Position numbers and translations under genes: made by a program
The notes under the pieces: model-generated
Seen by the model: the letters and a program-made list of their open reading frames with translations, nothing else
Told to the model about the DNA's origin: nothing
Database searches by the model: none
Assembly: GCA_951406725.2 (NCBI GenBank)
Contig: OX597830.1
Coordinates: 64,728,001 to 64,792,000, forward strand
DNA: 64,000 nucleotides
DNA from: Octopus vulgaris
Taxonomy: Eukaryota
Direction of reading: 5' to 3'
In this document: piece by piece, positions 40,288-55,858 of the stretch
Numbering within the stretch: the first letter of the stretch is position 1
How the letters are laid out: every line of letters begins with the position of its first letter

Positions 40288-41326
40288 GAATACAATATAA
40301 TATTGATTGTATGTTGTATGTTAGGGGTATACCCTAATGCGCCATATATAATTTGCATATTTGTCGTTTTGGCGCTTGTCATTAATTAAACAATACATTA
40401 TTGTTGTTGCTTAGCCCCTGGTCAACCCTGATCGGTTTCTACGGTTTAGAGTCAGTGTCATTCCAGCCGAGACCATCTAGTTTTGTTTCCTATGTGTGAA
40501 GAACCCAATAACACGTTAATCAATTGCTTACGTTTTGCCTTTTGCCTATGGCTTGTTTCAGTCGTTGCATTGCAGCCATATTGGGGCAGAGCCTTAACGG
40601 GTTTAGCCGAACAATTCGACCCCAAAGCTTACTTCTGTTTAAGTATGGTGCTTATGCCAAGCATCTCTAATCACTAAACTGCTGCATTACAGAAACATAA
40701 ACATACCAACAAGCGAGGTGGGTGGGGTAACAAACACCAACACAAAGATACACACAAACACTCACACACATTCACACACACACAAACACATACACATATA
40801 TATAGTTACATGCATATACATACATGACCATCCCGAAGTATAGCAATACCTGTTTCAGCACGCATTTCCACCATTCACCATATTCTCTCGCAACGTATTA
40901 ATCGATCAGGAAGCTATAGCAGAAGACACTTGCTCGAGGTGCCGCGCCATGGGACTGGTCCTTTTCAACGAAGCGATCTTTTATATCATACAGCCATGCC
41001 TCCACCCATCTACAAAGATGTTGTGCTTGTCCATAACTTGATCCAGAACATCACTGATAATAACGTTCCAGCTGTGACCATTACATTTTTTCTGACAGCA
41101 TATTTTGTATCACCTTAACCAATGTGTTTTTTTAAATTATAAAGTATAATTTAACGCTTTGCCTCTAGTTTAAATCACACGCGATACACAGGAATACTTC
41201 TTTGGCGTTCATACCTCATATATGGAACATATTCACAATCGATTCTGCTTTCACTCATCAGAGTAACTTGGGATTTATGAAAGAAAAGCTTTATATTAAG
41301 CAGAACGTGTGAAACAAGGGCTGAGT

Positions 41327-41664
41327 CTGAGATCCCCTTCGGTCACGACACTGACCATGGGTTGCACCTAGAAAGTTACCCTCCCAGGCACAAGTCCAGG
41401 CAAGGTTGTTTTATGGAAGACCAGCAGTCGTCCATGCATACCGGCCACCCCGCTCCACGCCACCAGTGTTATCCAAGGGAAAGGTTAGGGCCGATACAGT
41501 TTGGGACCTGTGACGTCGCAACTCATTTCTATAGCTGAGTAAACTGGAGCAACGTGAAATAAAGTGTCTTGCTCAAGAGCACAACACGCAACCCGGTTCG
41601 GGATTCGAGCTCACAACCTCATGATCGTAAGATCGACGCTCTAACCACTGAGCCATGCGCCTTC
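41327..41664 (-). mobile_element. Full-length SINE (head A + tail iv)
   Basis: Reverse copy of 1096-1448. 13-bp TSD acaagggctgagt at 41314-41326 and 41665-41677. Confidence 0.9.
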
Positions 41665-41696
41665 ACAAGGGCTGAGTAAAACTATGAAAACAGGTA

Positions 41697-41968
41697 TAAA
41701 TGTGTCATCTCTTGTGAAAGGTAAGAGAGTCCAGTTTGCTGGACATTGTTGTAGAGCTGAAAAAGAGGTAATTTCTACTCTTCTCCTCTGGAAGCCATCT
41801 ACTCGCAATACCAAAGGGTGCACACTCTCCTACCCTGATGTAATCTCCAGGGATACAGGCATCCAGCAACAGGAGCTCCGTAATGCCATGATGGACCGTG
41901 AAGTCTGGCGTAGCATGGTAAATTCCATTGTCTCGACCACGGTCGAACAATGATGTTGATGATGATGA
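41697..41968 (+). mobile_element. RTE-clade LINE 3' fragment
   Basis: RVQFAGHCCR...LLWKP...SYPDVISRDTG...AMMDREVWR...* followed by a (TGA)n tail. Terminal hairpin tcgaccacggtcga. Confidence 0.8.
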
Positions 41969-42501
41969 ATGTTTAGCATAAACTTATGAACAGTTTTTGA
42001 CTAAGAAAGGGTTAAGGAAGATTCGCTTTCTATTTCTCGAAAATCGACCGTGCCAAGAGGCGTCTTTCTTGGATCGTAGTCTAGACCTTGTCGTCATTTA
42101 GCATCAAGTCAGTTCCTGAAACAGCAAATCCAGGATCATAGATGTTTAATCTCCGATTACGCACCATCAAACGTTCAGGTGTCATGTTTCTAGGAACACA
42201 TTATCCAATATATTACTTTCGTTCAGACGGTGAGCTGTAATCCCAAAGTGGTTCTGACTGTTGCTGATATATTCTTCGCAATTCTTGCAAAACGGTAAAG
42301 CGTCGCCTCCATTTTGATAAATCGATAAATGTCTGCGACCTTGATAATTTTTCTCCTTACAACGCAATTTTCAAAAACTTAAATGAAAAAAGAAATATGA
42401 TGATAAATTTCAAGCTTTTCTTGAGAAAAGAGTCTTCAGCTTGTACTGCTAGGAAATATAGCAGTACATGACCATTTTCTTAAATATTTCACACTAACAC
42501 C

Positions 42502-42544
<43 letters not shown>

Positions 42545-42686
42545 GCACACACATACGCACGCACACACACACACCCACACACACACCCACACACACACAC
42601 ACGCACACACACAAAACACCACCCCGCAGAAACATTCGTGCGGACACGCATATATATTCATACATATATATATGTGTGTATATATT

Positions 42687-42736
<50 letters not shown>

Positions 42737-42928
42737 TATATATATATATATGCATATATATATATATGCATATATATAAATATAGATCTATATATATATA
42801 TATATATATATGCATATATGCATATAGATACGCAGGCACACACACACACTCATACAGAGACATATGTACATGTAACTGGACATATACATATGTAAGCGCA
42901 TATATACATATATAAATATATATGTACG

Positions 42929-43021
<93 letters not shown>

Positions 43022-43055
43022 CATACATTCATACATACATACATACATACATACA

Positions 43056-43089
<34 letters not shown>

Positions 43090-43534
43090 CAGAAATCTCA
43101 TCAACTCGGGACGTTACTTGCAAAATAGAGGCAAGCCGCCGGCTAATAAATTAGGCCACGAATAACCACAAAGTAAGCTGGAAGTTACAAAAGAAGACGA
43201 TAGAGAAAACATAATCTAATAACAAACTCTTCTCAGTATCATAAAACGATCACGGCAATAATTGAAATAATAAATTTTCAATTTATCTAAAGTAAAAAAG
43301 CAACAATTTCCATTAGAGAGAATTCTGAAGGTGAGAAGAAATATTTCTTACAGAATGTGATTGGTGAGACATCAAATGCGAAGCAGTGAAAATTAATAGA
43401 AAGATGTGTCACTCCATTGGTAACGTAAAGATGAGGTAGGTGAGTGTGAAGGAATTTCGGTAGAGCATTGACCATGGAAATGTATAAAAGACAAAGTAAA
43501 ATAAATAATGTCCTGAGCATGATTAAAGAAAAGT

Positions 43535-43775
43535 AGTCTCGAGGCATCGGACTCATACAAACCGTTGCCCGGTTTTCTATTGTGTATTAGCGACTGATAT
43601 CACAATATATAGGACGCCAGTCCACGGCAGGATTACTCATTTACAGGTGAGTAGACAGGAGTAAGGCAAAATATAGGTGTTTTTTTACTGAAGGACATAA
43701 CGCACTGCCGCGAATCGAAAATGCGATCTTGCGATCGTGGGTGCAACTCCCTAACCACTACGCCACGCATCTTCA
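43535..43775 (-). mobile_element. Decayed SINE (A-like head + tail ii)
   Basis: Minus gcgtggcgtagtggttaggg...aaatgagtaatcctgccgtggactggcgtcc...gaaaaccgggcaacgg. Confidence 0.65.
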
Positions 43776-44568
43776 CTCTGGTTTTGTGAGAGTGAGAGGG
43801 ACAGAAGCGTAGTTGCTAATACGGAATCAATGATGTCAGAAACCATCTTTTTAACTCGATCTCGGAGAAAAATGTTAGCCGGGGGGGAACAACTTGTCCT
43901 AGTGGTTAGGAGGTTGTACTGACGTTTGCAAGATCATGTGTTCGACACCGGGACAAGGCGTTGCATTGTGTTCTTGAGCAAAATACTTCCTTTCACGTTA
44001 CTCTAGTCCACTCAACTGCAAATGACCAACCCCGCGAGGTCTTGGCTTTTGCTCATGGACGTTGTTTTACTCTCGGTCTTTTATCCACCATTCAAACGGG
44101 GAACTGACTCTACGGTTCCAAAAGCACAAGACGGACTTAATCCATTTTTTTAACATCTGCTCCAGGTTTAGAACCGGCAACAGAGCAATTTGCTTGTCGT
44201 ATTATCAACCAGCCTTGACAGCTCTTCCTCGCAGCTAATGTAATATTATATGAAGTGTGTTTAATCTAAATACACAGCTGGTGTGGTATCTACATAGATT
44301 TGGGGACAGCCAAAATGCATCCATCACCATGTAATGTCAAAGAGGATTGCTATCACAGAATTAATAGAACAGATTATAAGAAACATAGGACAGACGTTAC
44401 TTAAGAAAGGATAAACGAGATAGGTTGCCTTTGGGCTTTCATCGCTTCTTCTGTTGCAATATATGAGTATGGCCGGTGAGTGTATATGCGTACTGTGCAT
44501 GCATATAGACACCCAAACATTCATGCAATTATACAAACATAGACAACACACACATTTGTATATGTGCA

Positions 44569-44635
<67 letters not shown>

Positions 44636-44686
44636 GTTTCTATAAATATATATACATATATATATATATATACACACACACGCGCA

Positions 44687-44730
<44 letters not shown>

Positions 44731-44873
44731 CAAACTTATATACAAGCAAACACATGCACATATTGTTGAACATGACAAAAATTGTATGCATACAGACATA
44801 TGTATGTGTATACATATGATTTGTGTACAGATATGTATATATATATATACATATATATTCACATATATATGTG

Positions 44874-44946
<73 letters not shown>

Positions 44947-45767
44947 GTATATACATATATACATGTATGCCTGCATGTACATACATGTTCGCAAGTGTGT
45001 GCTTTTCATGACAGAACGGAGTTTCTTTTAGTTTTCTTCCCAGGTGTCTTATTACTTCATTAATTTTAGCTCAGGACAATGACCTTGCTTAATCCATTAA
45101 CACTTCAATACCTTCCCGCTTTTATTTTCTGAATAAAGTGAAAACAACGGTGACTCGTTGCCACGTTCACAACGCAGATAGGAAGACATCTTGGGAATAA
45201 TGCCGTAACTCATGAAATCTGTCATTATTTAGAATTTCAACTCGTCTTGGTTATCAAATTGCGAGTTAAAATTTTCAACACACACACACACACATACACA
45301 CACACACAATCCAAAACAATTACAAAGGAGACGGAAACTGATGCATTTAAAAATCTTTCCTTTAATTTGACAGTTAATTATACAACACAATTAATTAAAG
45401 TGGACAATATATGTTTCTGCTGCACAGAGAATGTGTAGTTGAATATGCACTCCGAAGCATTCTGCTATGCATCATCATTCGGCGTCTTTTCACAAGCGTG
45501 CTCTGAAACGAGCCTGGACTATACCTGAGAACTCTTACGGTACCCGCCTAGTTAATTTTTCATTATATACTCATTGCACATGTGTGTGTGTGAGTGTGTG
45601 TGCTTGTGTGTGTGTGTGTGTGTGTGTTAAATTCAACTTACGTTGAAAGTCAACAAAATTTTGCTTTAGGAGCGTTAAGGAAATAATTTTATTCTCAAAC
45701 GAAGGATAATGCTAATAATATAGCATTATCCTTCGTTAAAGAAAAAAATTATTTATATATATATATA

Positions 45768-46187
45768 TATATATAAAGCTGAAGTTGTCTGTGTGTGTGT
45801 GTGTGTGTGGCAGGTTTGGTAGCCTTCAACTAACACTATCTCCTCCGAGATCCTGCGGCGCAAGTTGACCAGAATTGAGAGTATGATAGAAGAAGGCTTG
45901 CTCTTCATTCCGTGTTAAGATCAAAAATTATTTACATCAAAAAGGTCCTTTTTTTCTATGAAAATCCTTACTTTTTACGATTTTTTGACTGGTGTGTCGC
46001 CATTTTTTCAGTGTATTTCAACCAGAAAAATGTTCATTAAAAGAGAATAACAAGCTACATAATGCAAAATTTTTACTTTCCAAAAACGATTGAAACTATA
46101 TCAAAACTTTGTTAACGCGACAACAAAGTCTGCCGTTTTAAGCGCAACTAAAATACAAACCCGAGTAACGCCGGGCTATACTACTAG
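45768..46187 (+). mobile_element. Non-autonomous Helitron (related termini to 3970-4484)
   Basis: 5' tatataaagctgaagttgtctg; 3' aaacccgagtaacgccgggctatactaCTAG|T with hairpin. Confidence 0.8.
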
Positions 46188-46192
46188 TGTAT

Positions 46193-46258
<66 letters not shown>

Positions 46259-46316
46259 TATATATATATATATATATGCATGTATACAAACATACACACA
46301 CACACAGACACACACA

Positions 46317-46369
<53 letters not shown>

Positions 46370-46929
46370 ATATATATATATTAGACTGCGAAGAAAGTTC
46401 TGTTGCATTTTTAACATGATCACTTTGAGGGAAGTGCTTTAATGCTTACAGTAAAATCAGCATTAATTGTTACATTCGAATGATCTTTCTTTTTCTGTCG
46501 TTTACTTTGTACCATAATGTTTAAATTTGTATCTATTTTACCTGCTCCAGATGCTTTTGGACATAGCATGCTGTATGAATTCAAAAGGGGATTTCAAACA
46601 ATGGAAGCAGCAAGACATATATCTGTTCTGCCTATGGAAATACAGCTGTAAGTATCTGGAGATGTCTATGAAGCCTTGACCAGTTTGGCAAGGTACCTTT
46701 TCCTTTGAATGAGTCCCCTCGATCAGGAGGACAAACGTCTGTCACTTTTGAGCATCTGAAGACCGTACGCACCAAAGCAAACTGCACAAGAAATAGGAAA
46801 ACAGCTCCATTCAAGTCACACTTCTGAAATCGGAAAAGTATCTCACCTCGGTTAGTGGATACCCCATGATCTGTTTGCTTCTCATGCTAATAAAAGGACT
46901 TCTCGATGCACGTCACTAAAGTGTAAAGT

Positions 46930-47090
46930 TGTTACTCTTTTACTCTTTACTCTTTTTCTTGTTTCAGTCATTTGACTGTGGCCATGCTGGAGCACCGCCT
47001 TTAGTCGAGCAAATCGACCCCGGGACTTATTCTTTTTGTAAGCCCAGTACTTATTCTATCGGTCTCTTTTGCCGAACCGCTAAGTGACCG
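46930..47090 (-). mobile_element. SINE family C 3' half inserted in the mariner
   Basis: Near-identical to 21458-21598. Confidence 0.85.
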
Positions 47091-47105
47091 AATCTTTACT
47101 TATGG

Positions 47106-47505
47106 AATGCCTATCCGCTAGAAGTAGATGTCAAATATTTACAAGCCACTCTAAATTTCTTCTCTATTTCTTCTCTCTGTTGTAATTAAAATAGAGATCA
47201 AATTTAGAGTGTCAGGCTTGTAGATATTCTAGTGTATAGGCGTAGGACTTCAGCGACCTTAATTATAATCATATTTTTACAATTATACACTTAAAAATTA
47301 ATTTTACCGATATGGTGGTTTATTATAAGCTAGCCACTGATATAATGATTTTTTAAAAATAATTATATCCTCAATTTATAACTGCTCAGGGGTCCTTTCT
47401 GTGTATTTACTTGTACCGTTTTCAATTTTTTTCTCGTTGTTTACGTATTTGATATTACTTGCACCGTTGGTGACGTCCTGTACCCATATATGCATGTATA
47501 TATAT
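47106..47505 (+). repeat. ~400-bp element, copy 1, with 17-bp TSD
   Basis: atctttacttatggaat at 47092-47108 and 47504-47520. Direct repeat of 48315-48730; 3' part related to 19399-19520 (reverse). Confidence 0.85.
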
Positions 47506-48075
47506 CTTTACTTATGGAATTAATCTCTAGTGATGAAAAGTAAGTTCTCTATAATCATATCCCATAAAAACGGTAATGGTTTGCACCCACTAAAATGCAA
47601 GGGTCCATGTCCAAACCAACACTGCACTCCCTACTACCAAAGTTATGCTCAAGCCTTCGTGGGATATGAAAAGTATAATCTGTCATAAAGTGTTAAACCT
47701 AGACAAAATAGTTAACACGATTTGAAGCATTTTACAAAATTTTGTAGAAAAGGAACACGTCATAGGTCAATTGTACGATAATGAAAGATCCCGTGTGTAC
47801 CAAGTCAGTCGGGAAACGATTATTGCCATTAAATATTGAAGTTTGGCCTCAGTGTCCTTATTATCCTGACCTTGCTTCATCTGACTGTCGTCTTTCCAGA
47901 ATATTGCAATATTATTTAGGAGGAAACCATATTATTAATCGTGAGGGATTTTATGCCCGACGGGTCGATGATTTACCAAGCAGATGAGATTATGTTATTA
48001 AAAATGAGGGGAAATATTATCTTGATTAATATATCCATTGAGACCAAAGAAGTAGTGGTTCCTTTCCCATATATA

Positions 48076-48126
<51 letters not shown>

Positions 48127-48167
48127 GTATATATATACATACATATCTATATATACATACATATATA

Positions 48168-48279
<112 letters not shown>

Positions 48280-48314
48280 TATAAAAATATTATAATTAAA
48301 GGTGCTGGAGTGCC

Positions 48315-48730
48315 AATGCCTATCCGCTAGAAGTAGATGTCAAATATTTACAAGCCACTCTAAATTTCTTCTCTATTTCTTCTCTCTGTTGTAATTAAAA
48401 TAGAGATCAAATTTAGAGTGTCAGGCTTGTAGATATTCTAGTGTATAGGCGTAGGACTTCAGCGACCTTAATTATAATCATATTTTTACAATTATACACT
48501 TAAAAATTAATTTTACCGATATGGTGGTTTATTATAAACTAACCACTGACATAATGATTTTTTAAAAATAATCATATCCTCAATTTATAACTGCTCAGGG
48601 GTCCTTTCTGTGTATTTACTTGTACCGTTTTCCATTTTTTCTCGTTGTTTACGTATTCAACTCGCTTTACGTATTTCATATAATTTGCACCGTTGGTGAC
48701 GTCCTGTACCCATATATGCATGTATATATA
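48315..48730 (+). repeat. ~400-bp element, copy 2
   Basis: Nearly identical to copy 1, with a few substitutions and one ~19-nt indel. Flanked by (TA)n. Confidence 0.85.
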
Positions 48731-48794
48731 TATTTATATATCTTTTTTATTATTTATTATTTAATTGAACGCGACGCATCCATTTCCAAGTAAG

Positions 48795-48868
<74 letters not shown>

Positions 48869-49026
48869 CACACATACATACGCACACATACAATATACAG
48901 ACACACACACATATGGACATGAAAAATGTATGCACATACAAATCTGTATAACTTAGACACACATATAACATACATACATATGACGTATACAAATCCACGC
49001 ACGCTTGCACACAAGTACGCACACAG

Positions 49027-49189
49027 CCATACACACAGACGCATATATGAATAAATATATATATATATATGTGTGTGTGTGTATGTGTGTTCGTGTGTGT
49101 TTGTGCGAGAATATATGAGCTTTTGCGAATGTATACGCGTAAGTGTGTAAGTATATGCCATACACACAGACGCATATATGAATAAATAA

Positions 49190-49229
<40 letters not shown>

Positions 49230-49306
49230 ATGTGTGTTCGTGTGTGTATGTGCGAGAATATATGACCTTTTGCGAATGTATACGCGTAAGTGTGTAAGTA
49301 TATGCA
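49027..49306. repeat. Tandem duplication of a ~130-150-bp microsatellite-derived unit
   Basis: ccatacacacagacgcatatatgaataaat...gaatgtatacgcgtaagtgtgtaagtatatgc occurs twice. Confidence 0.85.
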
Positions 49307-49502
49307 TGTGTGTGTCCGTGTGTTTGTGTGCGCGCGTATATGTGTCTGTGTGTGTGAATGCCCGTATGCGTGCGCCATTGTCAGTACACGCCGCCATTTA
49401 TATCAATACGATAAGAGAGTTTCATATTAATTAGGATTCATGCGAACAGGATGTCAAATACATCAACGTTACATTTCTACATTGATAAACAATGGCATAC
49501 AT

Positions 49503-49547
<45 letters not shown>

Positions 49548-52384
49548 TTGTTATTGTTGTTGTTGCTGTTGATATTTTATTGTGTTATATTGTTGTAGTT
49601 GTTGTGATATATTGTTATTGTGGTTATTACTAATCACGTTGCGTTGAAATGTTTCTTTCCATCGGCTTTGTTGTTGCTCCCACTTACTATTTTCACTGCT
49701 ATTACTATTGCTTTTTGCTTTTGTTTTGTATTGTATATTTGTTGTTATTTCTTATTCCCGTTATTTATTGAAGCCGTTGTCATTTAGCCCTAGGTAAACC
49801 TTAATCGAGCAAATATACTCTCCAAGATGTTCCAGCCATTGCCATACTCTCTTTTTTGTATGTCTATTTACCTACGTTATTTAAACAATTTCACTAAATC
49901 ACTCCTTTACTTTTCGCAATCATTAGACTGCAGCACTGCCTTGGAGGCAGGGTTAGACGGAGAAATCAACTCCTGTACCGCTTTTATGCCTGGCTTTTAT
50001 TCTATCATCATTTTACCAAATTTGGGACGTAAACAAACCATCATACATACATACATACATACATACATATACATACATACATACATACATACATACATAC
50101 ATACATACATACACACACATACATATATATATGCGGCAGGATTTTTTCAGTTTCCCGCTACTAAATACACTCAGAAGGCTTTGGCTTATAACTTATAACT
50201 GAACATACTTCTCCCACGCAGTGGAACTGAACCTGGAACCATGTGGCTGAGTAGCAAGCTTCTTACCACGCAGCCAAGCCTGCTATATGTATATACATAC
50301 ACACTACTAAAAACCCTTCAAGGCCGTGCTCCATCATGGCTGCAATCAAATGACTGAAACAAGTAAAAGATAACATACACATATACATGTATGCATGTAT
50401 GAATATATGTGGCCAAAAGGCTTCCATTCAATTTCCGTTCCACTAATTCTCTCACAGTCGCGAAGTTAGAGAGAAAAAACACTTGTATAAAGTACCGTGC
50501 AATGAGAATGAACCCAAAACCATTTGGTTGTGAACGTAAACTTCTCATCCGCACAACTACATGCTTAGTTTTCTTTTAAAGTTGCTTGTGGTGGCATTTG
50601 AGGACATTTGCCTGCTACTCATATTTCTACCCTTGCAAACGAACTTGTAAATGTTGTCTCAGTTGGTAGTCTTGTTCCCAATGCGGTTGTTGTTATTTAC
50701 GGTGGCATTTAGAACAACCTGACCTGATGGCACGGTCCTTTGAGGAAGAACATTCAAACAGTGGATGAATAACACGCCATGTTTAATATACAGCATATAC
50801 GAACCACGCTTTTCTAAAACAGCCACCATTTTGAAATAAAGTTTAATGTCAATCGAAAAAGAAATTAAACTATTTTAGCAGGCGCCTGGGTCTGTGTACA
50901 TAGTCACTTATTGATTCTCAGATGTTGCCCGCTTGTGTATTCCTTCGCTGTCCCCTTAACATACCGATGTATGATTAAGGCCTTTCCAACTGTGATCATC
51001 CAGTCCGTATATTTTTACTTTTTATATACTATATCACCTAATATTTGCTTTTGAAATGCTTTAGAATATGGTTTGAAAGTGATTTGAGATTTATTTGCTA
51101 TTTTTAGCAAATCAAATAATCATAGAAAACAAACTGACGAGGATGACCATAAGGATGACCATAAGTCGTTCGGAAATAGCAGCCAGGATTCTCGCATATT
51201 CAGTCACATATGTTAGAAAAGGACGCAATGGTTTGTATGTTCTCAGGTCTACTGTTCATAATAACAAGATGTATAGTCACTATTGGAATACCTTGAATTG
51301 TAGACCGGATAATATATGGCTGCTCTGGGCTAAATACCGGTGACAATGATGACGACGACATAGATTCTCCTGCATTGTTATTATGTAGACTCGGTAAATG
51401 TATCTCCTTGTTATGGAAATGGTGTAGGGAAAATTGAAAGCGATTCGACTGTTATTTCTAGCAAACCAACATACAGTGTAGATGCTCGTTCATTGGTTTG
51501 ATGCAGTCGATATTAGTGGTCTCAATGGCGTTAATGGTGACACTGTTATTGGTATTAGCAATGGCGTTATTAGGAGTGGTGGTGATGGTTTTCTTAGGAA
51601 GGACAGTTTGTGGACGTTGGCAAAGACGATTAATACCGCTGTCTACATTTCGACACAATCTCGGTTTTAAATATCTAAATATTAGAAATGAGATATTTTC
51701 AATAAGATTATATATAGTTTTTGAAGATTATTAAAGCTTATTCTTAAATCCTACATTGTGTATAATTTACGTTTTCCTTGGTTTATTTTCAGTTGTCTGC
51801 TGGTATCTCATTATTTTTGTTTACATAGTGCTTTAGTTTATACCCGAACGGGCTACTGGCATTTGAACTCTGAATAAAACCGATAATACCGTAAATTTTA
51901 ACAAAATAAGGTTCGTGTTTCGAATCTAATGTGGGAGCCATGTAGACAGCTGGGAATAAAGGCAGCCGTTGACGATTAGAAATCAGGTCTTTCTAAACAA
52001 ATTCTGAACATTATTGATAAAATCTGAAATCCAGAGAAGTTGGTGATGCTCAGATGAAGAGCAAAGGCACGAATTGTTAAGTAATTATCTCATCACAGCT
52101 TTTTATTTTTTCTGTTGAACTTTACTTCGGAAATAATATTTTCATTTCAGTTTGTCGCTTTCTCTTGATTTTGCTGTCGGCACTGCGATTGTAGTACTAG
52201 TAGTAGTAAGAGTAGCAGTAGCAGTAGCAACAGCAGTTGTATTATTAGTGGTGGTGGTGGTGGTGGTAGAATAGAAGTGGTAGTGGTGATAATAGTAGTA
52301 GTTATTGTTTCTACTGTAACCTGTTTGTTTTAATTAACCCATTATAGTGAGTGATACTTTTGTTGTTGCTTCTGTTGTTGTTTC

Positions 52385-52424
<40 letters not shown>

Positions 52425-52930
52425 ACTATTGTTCCTTTTGTTGTTATTGTTGTTATAGCTTTTACATTTTCAAAGAAAAACATATCGGAAATTTAATTAT
52501 TTGATTAATTAATTGATTAGAATTTAATTAATAAATTAATCATAGAAACCCTTAATCAACATCTCCAATAAGGGGAACCGGGGTTGTTTATATGGAAAGG
52601 TGATTAAATTAGCTTGAGGGGGGAAACTGGACACTGAGACGGTAATGACGACGTTTCAATGTTGATTGGAAGGGAGACAAGCAGGAAAATGTGAACTAAG
52701 AGAGTTCAGTGTTAACGCGAAAGAGAAACACAGAGATAGAGAGAAGGGAAAAGAGGGAGAGCGGGAAAGAATGAGAAAGGGAGAGAGAGTGCGGGAGAGA
52801 AAGAATGTGGGAGTTAGGGAGAGTGAATGAATGAGAGAGAAAGGGAGACACTACGTGAACAGTCTTATGATAATATTGTAGACGCTTAAAGTAGCTGGAA
52901 AATATGAATAAAAACACTTCAGTGTTATCT

Positions 52931-52963
<33 letters not shown>

Positions 52964-54335
52964 TAATAGAGGGAGGAGGAGATGAGAAAGAGGCATTATA
53001 CATTCGAAAGCGTGAGCAGTGTTTTGCATGGCATAGCCATGGGAAAAAGGATACCATTTGTAAGCCTGGTGGTAAGGTGAGCGATTACTCTCTGACAGGG
53101 TACCCAAACAGAATTCTAGTAATAGGGTGCGTTTTGCAAAATTATCCAGAGTCATCGTGGTGGCGTGAAAGAAGGTGATGTATTAAGTCGACTATACAAG
53201 ATCAAGAAAGATATCTCCGATGTACTTCCACACAATTTCTCTTTACGGAATTTTTATTCACAGGGCTTGGTCGTCGGCCCAAAGCTATGAGATATGTTCA
53301 AAGTATTGCACGATTTAGACTGAAACCAAAATTACGTAGTTGCGAAACTCATTCGTTCTTAAGATATCCCTGGATATCAATTTTTGTAGAGGCAATGTTA
53401 CTTCCCGAGTAGTTAAAATCATTAACTATCTTTGGATTGATGCCATTCGAAGTACAGATATAGTTTTTACGTTACAGTCTATATGTTCAATCTTACCGGC
53501 GCTGGCATAGAGTGCTATTAGTGCAGCTGCATGTAACATTTACTCTGCTAATTCTATATTGTCTAGAAGAAGATCGAAATCATCTCCGATATTTTTAACG
53601 CGGGGGACTATCATTTCTAGCTTTCCCAAGTGTCAATCTACAATTTTTGTTCATATCACCAAATGTACAAAAGACATAATCTAAGAATATTATCAGCAGG
53701 TACGGAGCCATTGAAATATATTCAGCGGTCCCGTCTATACTTAACTGATACTTTATTTTGCTGACACTGGATGGATGAAAACTAATGGTAACCATGACGG
53801 GATTTGAACATAGGATATAAAGAGCCTAAATTTTTTCGACGATCTACCAGTTCTGTTATCTCACCCGCCTCGCTGGTTTTAGTTTCTGGTGTTGGTATAA
53901 GACCATAAATTTCTAAGGAAGGATTTGAATCGATCTCAGTACAGGACAAGTTCTGGTTTCCTCGATTCGGGAGGGTTGAAGGGCGAAGCTAAACTCTACG
54001 CAAAAGGAAACCACGATCTAAAGACTCGGAAAAATGCAGGAAAATACTTATTTTTCTATGGATGTGTTTCAGTATTTCTCATTCATGGTACAAATAATAT
54101 TCTATATTATTTTTCGTTAAGAATCTAGGAATTAGTTTCGAAATTTTCCTCTTTATTCTTTAAATCTACGCGTTTTGATAATTGCATTGCAGCTAAAGTT
54201 AGACTTATATTGACATCAGCAAGGATTCTGGGATACATCACGGACTCCAGTACATACACACACACATATATACACATACATGGATTTATGTACACAAGAC
54301 ACACACACAAACAAACACACGTACACACAAATACA

Positions 54336-54374
<39 letters not shown>

Positions 54375-54474
54375 GTATCTATCTATCTATCTATCTATAT
54401 ATATATATATATATTAACATTTATATGTAATATATGTACACACACACACATACACACACACAAACACACACACA

Positions 54475-54573
<99 letters not shown>

Positions 54574-54928
54574 GTGTAGGCAGATAAATAACTATTCATA
54601 CTTATTCGGCTACACGCCTACATACATATACATATACATACACAAACACGGACACACAAATGTATACAAATGCACACACAAATATATTTCTCAGCTATTA
54701 CAAATTACAAAATAAATAGGTGAAAAGAAAAAAAAAACACAAAAGTAAACAACAGAAACATAAAGACACATTAAATGATATAACAGCTGAACTGTTTGAC
54801 TGATCAGAAGCGATGAATTTGATGGTTGATTTAATCGCGAAAACGCGGAAAGGGCGTCGTGCTGGGTAGCAAGCAATATTCGATATAACGAACCACAAAA
54901 AGCAATAATAATAATAATAATAATAATG

Positions 54929-55041
<113 letters not shown>

Positions 55042-55114
55042 GATAATAACAATAATAATAATAATAGTAATAATAATAATAATAATAGTAATAATAATAA
55101 TAATAATAATAATG

Positions 55115-55184
<70 letters not shown>

Positions 55185-55505
55185 TGATGATGATAATAAT
55201 AATGATGAGAATATTGATGATGGTAATAATGATAGCACTGGCAGTCGTGCCTATTTCTGTGGTTTTCCTAATCCGTGATATTACACATCAAAAAATACAC
55301 CACATTTACGAAAAATCTGAACCACAATTCACGTTTCCTGAGAGATGATTCATTTTGAGTATGAATTATAAACATGGTTATATAATACTGTGAATCTATG
55401 AATGGATCGACACGAAATCGTGCTTGTGTGAAAGGGCGTGAATAAATTTATATGTACGAATATTTATATAATATGTGTAAACGATATCGAACATATCTGA
55501 ATGTG

Positions 55506-55553
<48 letters not shown>

Positions 55554-55593
55554 CAAATATATATATATGTATACATATATATATGTATGTATG

Positions 55594-55693
<100 letters not shown>

Positions 55694-55817
55694 CATGCAC
55701 ATGCACACAAACACACACACATATGCATACAGACATGAATAACGTATATCAATATACAAAGATACGCCTATAGTAACAGAAATATACGTATGAATATTTA
55801 TATACAGACACAGATAT

Positions 55818-55854
<37 letters not shown>

Positions 55855-55858
<4 letters not shown>

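Larger units (their letters stand above)
46381..48030 (+). pseudogene. Decayed DD34D-type mariner transposase, interrupted by two insertions
   Basis: Motifs occur in order: MLYEFKRG..EAAR, PRSG, WIPHDL (WVPHEL), SSDEK*VLY (TGDEKW), KVML..WD, YPDLASSD (YSPDLAPSD). Many stops and frameshifts. Confidence 0.85.

Noticed and set aside
42182-42367. Short complex-looking ORFs (also 13737-13985, 43287-43556, 51095-51343)
   Set aside because: No recognisable homology, no convincing splice-site pairs and no consistent strand. Cannot be supported as exons.
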